The notes under the pieces are model-generated. The model saw only the letters and a list, made by a program, of their open reading frames with translations, was not told the DNA's origin and did not search any database. From Candidatus Peribacteria bacterium (GTDB taxonomy: Bacteria; Patescibacteriota; Gracilibacteria; UBA1369; LOWO2-01-FULL-3), in NCBI GenBank assembly GCA_943359415.1, contig CALRHQ010000001.1, forward strand, positions 1 to 38,069: DNA of 38,069 nucleotides. The letters are read 5' to 3'. The position numbers and the translations under genes were made by a program. This document shows positions 1-8,226 of the stretch, one piece after another. Position 1 is the stretch's first letter. Every line of letters starts with the position of its first letter.

Positions 1-620
1 TCAAGAAAAAATCCGGTTTTTTGCCCACCCAAAACATCTACATAAAATTTTATTCCATTTTCTTCGAATACAACTTCATCATCAACATTTCCGAAATGAA
101 CAACAGGTTCAAGTACTTTTAGCCCTTCCTGCTTACGTATTTCGACATCAGATCTCTCAACGATCGCAGAAGGTTTAAAAGCATTTTTCAGAGCTGAAAC
201 GATTTCTTTTCTAAAATTATCCATTCCGGCAGTATGGATTTGAAAAACAAATACATCAGCATATCGGTCTACAATAAGCCCGGGAAGAGAATCCGCGTCA
301 GCATAACAAAGTCTATAAGCATTAGTGTTTTCCGGAATAATCTTTTTCTTAGAATCATCAAGCTCCTTAAATCGTTTTTCAAAAAACTCACTATCGAAAA
401 CTTCTCCTCTATTTCTAGACAAAATTCTTACGCTGATAGAGCCTTGTGGATTGAAATATCCGGTTCCGACATATTCACCGCCATCAGAAAAGACCTCTAC
501 GATTTCGCCAATGTTCTTTGCTTCACACTTAGATATTCCATTCGAAAATATCCACGGATGACCTGAGGCAACAGGCATGTCTTTTTTTGGCTTTAAACTT
601 ATTTTAGGTGCATAAGGCAT
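1..620 (-). CDS. Class I SAM-dependent rRNA methyltransferase, RlmI/YwbD-like (PUA region and start of the MTase domain); 3' end runs off the window
   Basis: Absent from the ORF track because no stop lies in the window. My minus-strand translation from the ATG at 618-620 reads MPYAPKISLKPKKDMPVASGHPWIFSNGI...AYRLCYADADSLPGLIVDRYADVFVFQ...VDVLGGQKTGFFL. The HPW(I/V)FS, LPGLIVDRY and GQKTGFFL blocks are typical of PUA-containing RlmI-type methyltransferases. Confidence 0.6.
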   Translation of the reverse strand, partial: MPYAPKISLKPKKDMPVASGHPWIFSNGISKCEAKNIGEIVEVFSDGGEYVGTGYFNPQGSISVRILSRNRGEVFDSEFFEKRFKELDDSKKKIIPENTNAYRLCYADADSLPGLIVDRYADVFVFQIHTAGMDNFRKEIVSALKNAFKPSAIVERSDVEIRKQEGLKVLEPVVHFGNVDDEVVFEENGIKFYVDVLGGQKTGFFL

Positions 621-631
621 TAATCTTTAGA

Positions 632-1558
632 TTACCCTTTAAGACCTCCACCAAATAAAGAAACAGGATCAAATTCTTTGGCATCCTTAGGAGGTTCAAC
701 AATTACAGGTTTATTTATATCACCTATTGATATTGTTAATACGCCATCAACTTTTGCACCTGCCACAGGATCTGTAGCTTCAAAATCAAATTTGAATTTA
801 TGAACAGTTTTATCAGCTACTCCAACCCAAAAGTCAGCCTTTAACTGAACACCCTTAAGGTTATCATCAAGAGTTTTCAAATCTGCTTCAGAAACAGGTT
901 CTTCATATATTTCTCCTGATTCCTTTACGAAAGTTTTTATAGCTTCTTTATCCAAAACTGTTTCATAATGATAATCTCCATTTTCTTCACCGATATATTT
1001 CGCACCACTAAAGAATTGAGTATCTTTGAGTAAATTTTTCATCTTTTTTTCTTCAGAAGTAAGCTTGGAATCATCTCCAACAAGAGCGGAATCCTGTAAA
1101 GAATCAATCATATCTTGTGGAACTTGAGTTTTCCACCATTGTCCAAGCATAGGTTTAACCATATCTGCAGGTACAAGTCCTCCAAAGCTGCTAAGCTTGG
1201 AAACAATAAAGTACAAATCGGATTTATCAACTTTTACTTCCGCAGAAATATTTTCACCTTGTCCATCCATCATTCCAGTACCGTCAAATTTGAAATTCAA
1301 AAGAAGATTTTCAGGATCTCTCATGTCACCTGAACCTGAAAAAGCAAGATCAACACTCAAATCTTTTGCAGCTTTATCTACAATCTTTCCTGTAAGAGTT
1401 CCATCTCCTGAAGAAATATTTACATCATAAAAATTCTTAAGACCTTCTTTAACTATTTTATCTCCATCTTTTTCCGGATTAGGTGCCGAAAAACTACATC
1501 CTGAAAAAACGGTCAAAATCGCACCAACGGCAACTAAATTGCGAATAAATTTATTCAT
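632..1558 (-). CDS. Hypothetical lipoprotein
   Basis: 308-aa ORF with an ATG start. N-terminal signal peptide with lipobox (AILTVFSGC). Coding-like composition. No family recognised. Confidence 0.6.
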   Translation of the reverse strand: MNKFIRNLVAVGAILTVFSGCSFSAPNPEKDGDKIVKEGLKNFYDVNISSGDGTLTGKIVDKAAKDLSVDLAFSGSGDMRDPENLLLNFKFDGTGMMDGQGENISAEVKVDKSDLYFIVSKLSSFGGLVPADMVKPMLGQWWKTQVPQDMIDSLQDSALVGDDSKLTSEEKKMKNLLKDTQFFSGAKYIGEENGDYHYETVLDKEAIKTFVKESGEIYEEPVSEADLKTLDDNLKGVQLKADFWVGVADKTVHKFKFDFEATDPVAGAKVDGVLTISIGDINKPVIVEPPKDAKEFDPVSLFGGGLKG

Positions 1559-1617
1559 AAAACGTTTATAAAAAAATAAGGCACAACAATGCTATTTGAA
1601 TATAGATATATTGTCAA

Positions 1618-2253
1618 TCAAGCTCTTTTGACAGCTTTTATGATTTGGTTTATCCATATCCCCTCTTCATATACAAGTTCATCGCTCTCTATTTCGAAAA
1701 AAGAATCTTCAAGCGCTGCAATCACATGTTTAGGCATGTGATAAAAAGATTCTATGATAACTTCATCATTATAAATTTTCAATTTTGGAGGTTTTCGTTG
1801 GTTGATATTACTCAAAATAAAAATTCCGCCTTTCTTTAGAACTCTGTACGCTTCGTCAAAAGTCTTCCTAAGATCTCCAAGATGAACTATAAGAAAAAGA
1901 GCCGTAACAGCATCAAAAGATTCATCTTTAAAAGGCAGTTTTTCACTGTCAGCAAGCACAAATTCAGTTTTTTTAAATTTCTTCTTTGCAATCGCAAGCA
2001 TCTTTTCAGAGACATCTACTCCACAAACTTCAGCCGCTTTAAAATCATATAAATGTTTGATTCCCCTACCAGTACCACATCCCAAATCCAAAACTTTTTT
2101 ACCTTCAACACATTTCAGAATCATATTCAAAGCAGTTCCCTCTAAACTATCCAAAAAAGACAAAGTTTTTTTATTTTCGTAATAATTTGCCCATAAATCA
2201 TATCCTTCAGCTGAAGAATAAATTTTGTTTATTTTTTTCCCTTTATAAGTCAT
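1618..2253 (-). CDS. Class I SAM-dependent methyltransferase (Methyltransf_11/25-like)
   Basis: Motif I VLDLGCGTGRG and post-I/II blocks (GVDVSEKML, FDAVTALFLIVHL). I trimmed the start to the ATG at 2251-2253 (MTYKGKK...). The 40-aa upstream extension in the track is Cys/Phe-rich and looks non-coding. Confidence 0.8.
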   Translation of the reverse strand: MTYKGKKINKIYSSAEGYDLWANYYENKKTLSFLDSLEGTALNMILKCVEGKKVLDLGCGTGRGIKHLYDFKAAEVCGVDVSEKMLAIAKKKFKKTEFVLADSEKLPFKDESFDAVTALFLIVHLGDLRKTFDEAYRVLKKGGIFILSNINQRKPPKLKIYNDEVIIESFYHMPKHVIAALEDSFFEIESDELVYEEGIWINQIIKAVKRA

Positions 2254-2283
2254 ACTCACATTATAGCATATAACTTTAAGATT

Positions 2284-2658
2284 ATGGGAGTCGGAGGCAA
2301 AAAACCGGAAATGAAGGAAATAGATGAAACAAGGTCGGCAGGTAGAGACGATGCATTTGAAGCAATCGTACAAAGGATAACTTCAGCTGGAGGTGAAATT
2401 ACGGAAGACGAAACACATCCATTGTATATGGATATTGGCATGCAGGAGCTTGAAGTCGGAACTGAGCGAAAAATAAAGTTCAACATGCACAAAATGGATT
2501 TTGAACTTACGAGAAGAAAGGAGACTTCTCGTCTTCAGGGTATAGGTTCGAAAAAATATTTAGAAGAAAATCCTTCTCCAAGAATAGTTATGAGTTTAAA
2601 AAGAAAATCAGAACTATCTAATGAATGGCAAAGTGTGGATTTAGACGCACTACTTTAG
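2284..2658 (+). CDS. Hypothetical protein (124 aa, acidic/basic, no recognised domain)
   Basis: Intact ATG ORF in an otherwise unoccupied interval. Its TAG stop (2656-2658) abuts the GC-rich repeat copy. Confidence 0.45.
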   Translation: MGVGGKKPEMKEIDETRSAGRDDAFEAIVQRITSAGGEITEDETHPLYMDIGMQELEVGTERKIKFNMHKMDFELTRRKETSRLQGIGSKKYLEENPSPRIVMSLKRKSELSNEWQSVDLDALL

Positions 2659-2704
2659 GCGAGCGCACGGCGCGAGCGCGTAGCAAGCGAAGCCTACAGA
2701 AAAG
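2659..2704. repeat. GC-rich interspersed repeat, short copy: 22-mer GCGAGCGCACGGCGCGAGCGCG + TAGCAAGCGA + AGCCTACAGAAAAG
   Basis: The exact 22-mer also occurs at 30353-30374 and 30431-30452. The terminal AAGCCTACA(A/G)AA box is shared with 30417-30428 and 30493-30504. It fills the gap between convergent genes. Confidence 0.8.
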
Positions 2705-2706
2705 TT

Positions 2707-3162
2707 TTATCCAAGAATTTTCTTGGCCCATTTTTCCATCTCTTCCTCTTCTTCATCATCATTATGATCAAACCCAAGGACGTGAAGTAGTCCGTGTCCA
2801 AACAAAATTCCAAGTTCTTTTTGAAGAGGATGATCATGGTCTTTAGCTTGTTTTTTTGCGGTATCCAAAGAAATAAATATATCACCTACTACAATATTAT
2901 TTCCGCCATGAATTGCAGAAGCATCTTTCATGTATTCAAAAGATATGACATCCGTTGGCTTATCAAAGCCACGATATTCTTTGTTTATTTTATGAATTTT
3001 TTCATCATCTACTATTATCAAAGAAATTTTGCCATTTCTTTCATTCAGAATTTCTGAGATTCTTTCAGAAAGTGTTTTAAGTAATCGTTCAAATATAGGC
3101 TTAAAAATGGAACTATTCACTTTTTCATTTGTTTCATTTGTGAAATCAAGTTTTAGGGACAT
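2707..3162 (-). CDS. ybeY: rRNA maturation endoribonuclease YbeY
   Basis: 151 aa. Zinc-binding signature HGLLHVLGFDH near the C-terminus. Size and layout are typical of UPF0054/YbeY. Confidence 0.9.
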   Translation of the reverse strand: MSLKLDFTNETNEKVNSSIFKPIFERLLKTLSERISEILNERNGKISLIIVDDEKIHKINKEYRGFDKPTDVISFEYMKDASAIHGGNNIVVGDIFISLDTAKKQAKDHDHPLQKELGILFGHGLLHVLGFDHNDDEEEEEMEKWAKKILG

Positions 3163-3164
3163 AT

Positions 3165-4148
3165 TTATTTTTTATTAAGCCATAATTCGTCGAAAGTTTT
3201 CCATTCATCCTCTGAAATTTCCCAATAAGGATAGATAGATATGCCGGAAAAAGTATCAAGATTACTTCTCAAATTATCAAGCCCCATAATAACACCAAGT
3301 ATTCCATTTTTTATATTTTCAATTTTTGGATCAAAATTATCACCGCCTTTTTCATAAGCTGGAATTCCAAAATAGATTTTTTTATTTTCAAATAAAGAAG
3401 TAATTCTTGTGACTTGCTCAACTATAAATTTTTTATAAAACCAACTGGAATGAAGTTTAGTATCATAAAGCATTACAACAATCTCGTCTGCATATTTAGC
3501 AACATTTTTATAATTGATCTCGGAATTTACATTCTCAAATTTCAAAACTTTCTCTGTAAACCACAAAAAAGATTGTGGGATAATATCCGGCAACGCAACA
3601 GACAAAACTTTTTCAGCAGTCATGTTTTCTTTACATTCTTTAAGAAGATTTACAAAAGCCAAATCATCATCAGACACAGGTTCTATATCAAAGTGAATAC
3701 CGTCAAAGCCGATAAACTGGCCAAGAATCTTACATTGATTAGCCACATTTTTTCTAATATTTTCATCATCTAAATCCAATTTACCGCGAATTTGTCCAAG
3801 CCATGCCTGATACTTGATATCCTTGTTTATTCTCTTCGCCTGCCTCAAAAAATAAGAAGAATAAATATATGATTTTTGTTCAATTTTTCCATCTTTTAAT
3901 AACGGCCCAACGTGCAAAAAAACATTTGTAATCTGATGACTTTGTAGAGTTTCAACAAATTGCTTGATCTGAGGTATGGTCTTCCTCTCTCCTATCCATT
4001 CATGGCCCGCCCAAACAGCATTATCACCTTTATTATACTCATGATCGCTACCAAATCTCGGAATTCCAACAAAATAAATTATCCCTAAAAACAGTGACAA
4101 AATAATCACTACGATAAGGCTCCAAATAAAAAAGCTAAATCTTTTCAT
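3165..4148 (-). CDS. Membrane-anchored glycoside-hydrolase-like TIM-barrel protein (GH18/GHL-like), function uncertain
   Basis: N-terminal TM helix (FFIWSLIVVIILSLFLGIIYFVGI). FDGIHFDIEP resembles the DGxDxDxE catalytic block of GH18-type barrels. No confident family assignment by eye. Confidence 0.45.
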   Translation of the reverse strand: MKRFSFFIWSLIVVIILSLFLGIIYFVGIPRFGSDHEYNKGDNAVWAGHEWIGERKTIPQIKQFVETLQSHQITNVFLHVGPLLKDGKIEQKSYIYSSYFLRQAKRINKDIKYQAWLGQIRGKLDLDDENIRKNVANQCKILGQFIGFDGIHFDIEPVSDDDLAFVNLLKECKENMTAEKVLSVALPDIIPQSFLWFTEKVLKFENVNSEINYKNVAKYADEIVVMLYDTKLHSSWFYKKFIVEQVTRITSLFENKKIYFGIPAYEKGGDNFDPKIENIKNGILGVIMGLDNLRSNLDTFSGISIYPYWEISEDEWKTFDELWLNKK

Positions 4149-4671
4149 TCAATTTTTTTAGGACTTCATAAACAACTATTCCATAACATGTTTCAACATT
4201 CAAAGAATTTGCGCGTCCAAGCATTGGGACTTTTATGGCCATATCCACAATCTCCATAACTTCATCCGATATTCCCTCAACTTCATGTCCAAATACAAGA
4301 CAAAGCGGAAATTTAAAATCGGCCTTATCATACGAAATACTCCCATGTGCAAGCTCTGTGGCGCATATTGTATAGCCATCTTTTTTTAATTTTTTTATTG
4401 TATCTATAGCGGAGTCGCAGTATTCCCACGGAACAATTTCATCGGCACCAAGTGCTGTTTTTGAAATTTCTTTTCTTGGAGGTTGTCCTGTAATGCCACA
4501 AAGATAAAGCTTTTCAATCATTACAGCATCAGAGGTTCTGAAAATAGCACCAACATTATAAAGACTTCTAACATTATCAAGTACTGCCACAAAAGGGTTT
4601 CTTTTAGCATCTTTTACGTCTTCGACAGAAGGTTTGATTTGGAGGATCTCCTCATGAGTTAATTTCTTCAT
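4135..4671 (-). CDS. SpoU/TrmH-family RNA 2'-O-methyltransferase
   Basis: 178 aa. SpoU motifs are present: LDNVRSLYNVGAIFRTSDA, LVFGHEVEGIS, IPMLGRANSLNV-like (KVPMLGRANSLNVETC). Confidence 0.85.
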   Translation of the reverse strand: MKKLTHEEILQIKPSVEDVKDAKRNPFVAVLDNVRSLYNVGAIFRTSDAVMIEKLYLCGITGQPPRKEISKTALGADEIVPWEYCDSAIDTIKKLKKDGYTICATELAHGSISYDKADFKFPLCLVFGHEVEGISDEVMEIVDMAIKVPMLGRANSLNVETCYGIVVYEVLKKLNEKI

Positions 4672-4672
4672 C

Positions 4673-6814
4673 TTACTTATTTATGAGAGAAAATGTTCTT
4701 ACAATCATATCGTCGAGTTCCTTCATAGTTATCGATTCATCAGGCCTGAAATATTCATATTGATCGACGATACCATTGTCCACAGCAAAATTTACATAAC
4801 GTGGATACCACCACATATAGCTTATTTTTGCGTTAATATCAACAAAAGATGAAGGTTGATTAGCCAATTTATCATTTCCGCCAAGATCTTTCGCCAATTC
4901 AAATTTATATTTAGGCCCTACAAGCTCTGTCGCTGTAAGAATAACTTTCAGGGCATCTATTCTGGAAATCGTTTCATCGGGCTTAAAAGGGCTATTTTTG
5001 TCATTTAAATAGCCATTTATAACTCCAAGCATTGTAGCAATGTTTATTTCTTCATAGTATTGATTATCTTTTTCAACATCAGGATAAAGAAGAAGGTCAG
5101 GCTCAAGAGTTATGCCGTCAAAAGAAGACATGGCCATAAAATTAAAAAGACAAAATTCTTTATAATTCAAACATTTTTGGATACTGTCTGATTCTTTATT
5201 TCTTAAATCAAATCTGTCGACGACCATTTTTATAACCTCCCCTCTTGAGACTACTCTTTCATTATCCAAATCGGAAATCGGTTTTTTTATTCCAAAAGAT
5301 TCTCCGTTGCCAAGGAATACAAAAGCTTTACCTCCATTTATTCTATTCGTTAAATCTGAATATCTGGACCCAACAAGTAAATCTTTGTTCAAGTCTCCAT
5401 TGAAGTCCAATATATCAAAGCTAAACCCAAACCAATCATCAGAATTTTCACCATGGATAACAGCGGAAAACTCATTTTTTCTTATACTGTAGCGAGATTT
5501 AGCCTCATCAATTTTAACGATATAAACATTCCCCTCTTTAAGGCTTATAGGATTTCCTATACCTGGAGCACCAATAATAACTTCACTTTTTGCATCGCCA
5601 TCAATATCTTCAATCAAAACTTTAGCACCAAGCAAAAGCTCATTTAAAGGATTTTCTATCACAAAGTCAGGTACAACAGATCTAATATTTTTCTTTGAAA
5701 AATCTTCTTTACCATAATAAATAGATACACGACTTTTATTTCTGGGTCCTTCGTATGGAAACGCTGAGATCGCAAAATCAGCTTTCTCATCATTATTTAT
5801 ATTTCCTGTAGCTATGGAAAATCCAAACCATTCATTGTCAAAAATACCGTTAACCACATTCGTAGGCTTATTTACAATTTTTTCAAATTTCTTATTTTCA
5901 TAAATATATACACGTCCAGTTTTATCCATGTTTTGAGTACCTGAATAATAAGCTCCAATAAGTAAATCAATTTTTTTATCACCATTTATATCCCCTGTCG
6001 CAAGAGAAGCTCCAAATCTCTCGCCTTTTGACTGTCCACGAAAAATAATATCAGCATTTGAAGCCAGAGGAGGATAAAAATAGATTCCGGATGATTTTCC
6101 ATAAAATACATACACCTTACCGCTTTCATCTCCGGTAGTGGACAAAGAAAAAGGTGCGGAAACGATTAGATCATCAATTTTGTCTGAGTTGATGTCTGCA
6201 CTTTCCATAAACATACCAAAGGCATCGTTGTCATCGAAACCATATATAGAGAAATCGGTGGATTTATAAGCTAGATCAATATTTTTTTCATTCCAAATGT
6301 TTTTTCCATGTACTATATATATCTGTCCTGGATGCTTATCTTTTTCGTAAGCATAAAAAGCCGAAGCATTGTATGCACCTATGGCTAAATCATCAGTCCC
6401 ATCTCCATTAAAATCCCCTGTCGTTAGGGAAGTACCTAACTGATCTCCTGAATTTCGTCCGGTAACTATAATATCAGCAGTAAAATTAAACGGATTTGGT
6501 TTTTCTGCAGAAAAGTTTTTATTCCCGAAATACACAAGAACCTGTCCATTCCATTTTTTTTCATCTATAGATGCGAATGGAGAGGCAATCGCGACATCTT
6601 GGATGCCATCATTATTAAAATCCCCACTTTTTGTGTCAGCACCAAATTGTCCACCAGGATAAATACCATCAAATTCAAGCTTAGAAGTGTCTACTGAAGT
6701 AAAGAGTTCATGTACATAGGCTTCGTCAAAATTTTCAGCTAATACGCTAATATTTAAAGACATTATAATGCAGACAAACACGGATGTTGAGACTAAAGTC
6801 TTTAAAGGACTCAT
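4673..6814 (-). CDS. Secreted FG-GAP (integrin-alpha-like) repeat protein with C-terminal SLH-like domains
   Basis: Repeated FG..xxxGDxNGDGxDDLxIGA units (GDFNNDGIQDVAIAS, GDFNGDGTDDLAIGA, GDINGDKKIDLLIGA, DFNGDLNKDLLVGS). C-terminal SLH-like segments (YPDVEKDNQYYEEINIATMLGVINGY..FKPDETISRIDALKVIL). Start moved to the ATG at 6812-6814 (MSPLKTLVSTSVF..., signal peptide). Confidence 0.8.
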   Translation of the reverse strand: MSPLKTLVSTSVFVCIIMSLNISVLAENFDEAYVHELFTSVDTSKLEFDGIYPGGQFGADTKSGDFNNDGIQDVAIASPFASIDEKKWNGQVLVYFGNKNFSAEKPNPFNFTADIIVTGRNSGDQLGTSLTTGDFNGDGTDDLAIGAYNASAFYAYEKDKHPGQIYIVHGKNIWNEKNIDLAYKSTDFSIYGFDDNDAFGMFMESADINSDKIDDLIVSAPFSLSTTGDESGKVYVFYGKSSGIYFYPPLASNADIIFRGQSKGERFGASLATGDINGDKKIDLLIGAYYSGTQNMDKTGRVYIYENKKFEKIVNKPTNVVNGIFDNEWFGFSIATGNINNDEKADFAISAFPYEGPRNKSRVSIYYGKEDFSKKNIRSVVPDFVIENPLNELLLGAKVLIEDIDGDAKSEVIIGAPGIGNPISLKEGNVYIVKIDEAKSRYSIRKNEFSAVIHGENSDDWFGFSFDILDFNGDLNKDLLVGSRYSDLTNRINGGKAFVFLGNGESFGIKKPISDLDNERVVSRGEVIKMVVDRFDLRNKESDSIQKCLNYKEFCLFNFMAMSSFDGITLEPDLLLYPDVEKDNQYYEEINIATMLGVINGYLNDKNSPFKPDETISRIDALKVILTATELVGPKYKFELAKDLGGNDKLANQPSSFVDINAKISYMWWYPRYVNFAVDNGIVDQYEYFRPDESITMKELDDMIVRTFSLINK

Positions 6815-6861
6815 ATATATAAGAATAGGAATGGGGGTAATTCGATTATAAGTCTCATTAG

Positions 6862-7226
6862 GTGGACAATCAACTAGACACATGTAGACAAATAGAATAA
6901 AATCATGCCGAAAGATGTCTACGTCTTGTCTATAGACATTAAAATAATAATAGACATGCAGCTAGTCAATACGTTGTCTACATATAGTTTAGATAGAAAA
7001 GCCGCAAGCCGCTTATTGAAAGTGTCAATAAGAACACTAGACAGGTATATAAAATCTCAAAAGTTGTCTAGTCGAGCTGAGAACGGGCATATTTGGCTTA
7101 GTAGAGAGGAGGTTCGTAAGTTTAAGAGTGGTCATGTGTCTACAGGTATAGTGGACAATGTCGACATGTCTACACGTGGTGTGTCTATAGACAAGACTGT
7201 GGACACGTCTATAGACAGTGTAGACA
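6862..7226. repeat. Dense array of TGTCTA/TAGACA hexamers (>=14 exact) including 12-bp palindromes TGTCTATAGACA; candidate operator/iteron-like array
   Basis: Exact hexamers start at 6875, 6885, 6916, 6927, 6933, 6951, 6975, 7038, 7065, 7137, 7167, 7182, 7188, 7212 and 7221. Perfect palindromes lie at 6927-6938 and 7182-7193, with a near-palindrome at 7206-7217. The variant GTGGACAAT occurs at 6862 and 7151. Confidence 0.85.
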
Positions 7227-7600
7227 GGGTTGAGGTGATTGAGGCTAAGGATAAAGAAAATTTGCCAAGAGAAGAAAAAGAGATATACAAAAAATTATAT
7301 TTCGACGTCAAAGAAGAGCTCAATATAAAACAAGAAAGGCTGGAAATAGCGAATTATAGAGTCGGGCAGCTTGAAGCTCAGCTCAGAAGCAGTATGCCGA
7401 TGCTTGAATTTCATAGGGATAAGTATCAAAGTGAAAAAGAGAAAGAAGACTTGAAGGAAAAAGTTGCAATCAAGGAAAAAGAGATTAAAGAAGTGTTTAC
7501 AAAGGTAAAAATAGAAAAATTTAATAAACGAATCCTTTTAATAATTCTCCTTTTCACGTTAGCACTACAACCACTTTGGCTTATTTTGTATTACGAATAG
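6905..7600 (+). CDS. Helix-turn-helix (excisionase/MerR-like HTH_17-type) DNA-binding protein with central coiled coil and C-terminal transmembrane helix
   Basis: LDRKAASRLLKVSIRTLDRYIKSQKL...HIWLSREEV is an HTH_17-like pattern. A long heptad-rich Glu/Lys segment (KEELNIKQERLEIANYRVGQLEAQL...KEKEIKEV) follows. The C-terminus is hydrophobic (ILLIILLFTLALQPLWLILYY). The start is ambiguous: ATG 6905 or ATG 6956 (MQLVNTL...). Confidence 0.65.
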   Translation: MPKDVYVLSIDIKIIIDMQLVNTLSTYSLDRKAASRLLKVSIRTLDRYIKSQKLSSRAENGHIWLSREEVRKFKSGHVSTGIVDNVDMSTRGVSIDKTVDTSIDSVDRVEVIEAKDKENLPREEKEIYKKLYFDVKEELNIKQERLEIANYRVGQLEAQLRSSMPMLEFHRDKYQSEKEKEDLKEKVAIKEKEIKEVFTKVKIEKFNKRILLIILLFTLALQPLWLILYYE

Positions 7601-7602
7601 GA

Positions 7603-8226
7603 TTATTTCATCTCTAGCACATCCTTTTGATCAATAGAAATGGATATTCCTCCGAAAGAGGCTCTTATTCTGTCAAAAATGCCTCCAGAAGCACTCAAAG
7701 CATTTTGTAGTGTTATCGCTTCACCTATAGCATTAAAAACATAAGGGGGGCTTAAAATAGTCCCATTAAGGTAGATTTGTCCTTTTGGCAGAGTGTCGAA
7801 TCCTGAAGATTCATTCGTTATACGTATGCCATTTATGTTCACAGCCTGTGAACCTGCATGAAAAAGTTCATTTATCAGGTCAACCATCCATGGAGAAGTG
7901 ATTTTCCCATTTATAGAAATAGAAATGCCTGGACCGTAAACAATATAATCACCTGAAAGTTTATTATATTTTTCTATTTCATCCTGTATGGCTTTGACAG
8001 CTGAATCTTGATTTGAAAGGCTTGATAAAGAGTTTTCCAATTCCTCGGTTTCATCTCTAAGATTTTGATTCTCTTCTTTTAAAACTTTAATTTCTTTGAA
8101 AACATCGCTTTTGGAATCTCTCAAAATTATGTCATTTACTGCATCAAAAGATCGACTTTCTATTATGATAAAACTACCAAGTATAATTGAGATAACCAAT
8201 ATGTAAATTTTTCTTTTATTTATCAT
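7603..8226 (-). CDS. DUF881-family membrane protein (YlxW/YlxX-like, division-associated)
   Basis: N-terminal TM, a coiled-coil stretch (LKEENQNLRDETEELE), then GPGISISI..., LINELFHAGSQAVNINGIRIT and LSPPYVFNAIGE blocks typical of DUF881. Confidence 0.75.
   Translation of the reverse strand: MINKRKIYILVISIILGSFIIIESRSFDAVNDIILRDSKSDVFKEIKVLKEENQNLRDETEELENSLSSLSNQDSAVKAIQDEIEKYNKLSGDYIVYGPGISISINGKITSPWMVDLINELFHAGSQAVNINGIRITNESSGFDTLPKGQIYLNGTILSPPYVFNAIGEAITLQNALSASGGIFDRIRASFGGISISIDQKDVLEMK

Noticed and set aside
234-566. Plus-strand ORFs 234-566 and 325-561 from the track
   Set aside because: They are antisense shadows. The minus strand across 1-620 translates into a clearly RlmI-like PUA/methyltransferase sequence, while the plus-strand products are low-complexity with no motifs.
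2254-2373. 40-aa N-terminal extension of the methyltransferase ORF (track start 2373)
   Set aside because: The extension (MYDCFKCIVSTCRPCFIYFLHFRFF...) is not coding-like and would overlap the divergent 2284 ORF. The homologous methyltransferase core begins after the ATG at 2253.
6862-7226. TGTCTA array (or the region near dnaB at 16228-16372) as the chromosomal origin oriC
   Set aside because: I found no cluster of DnaA-box-like 9-mers (TTATCCACA family) and no dnaA/dnaN neighbourhood. An origin role cannot be supported from this window.
7132-7323. Minus-strand ORF 7132-7323 (63 aa, Ser/Thr/Leu-rich)
   Set aside because: It is antisense to the HTH gene. It stays open only because the palindromic TGTCTATAGACA motifs read similarly on both strands.
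7598-7605. Intrinsic terminators at the convergent gene junctions (7600/7603, 11448/11455, 32630/32636)
   Set aside because: The gaps are only 2-6 bp, with no stem-loop plus U-run, so nothing can be called.
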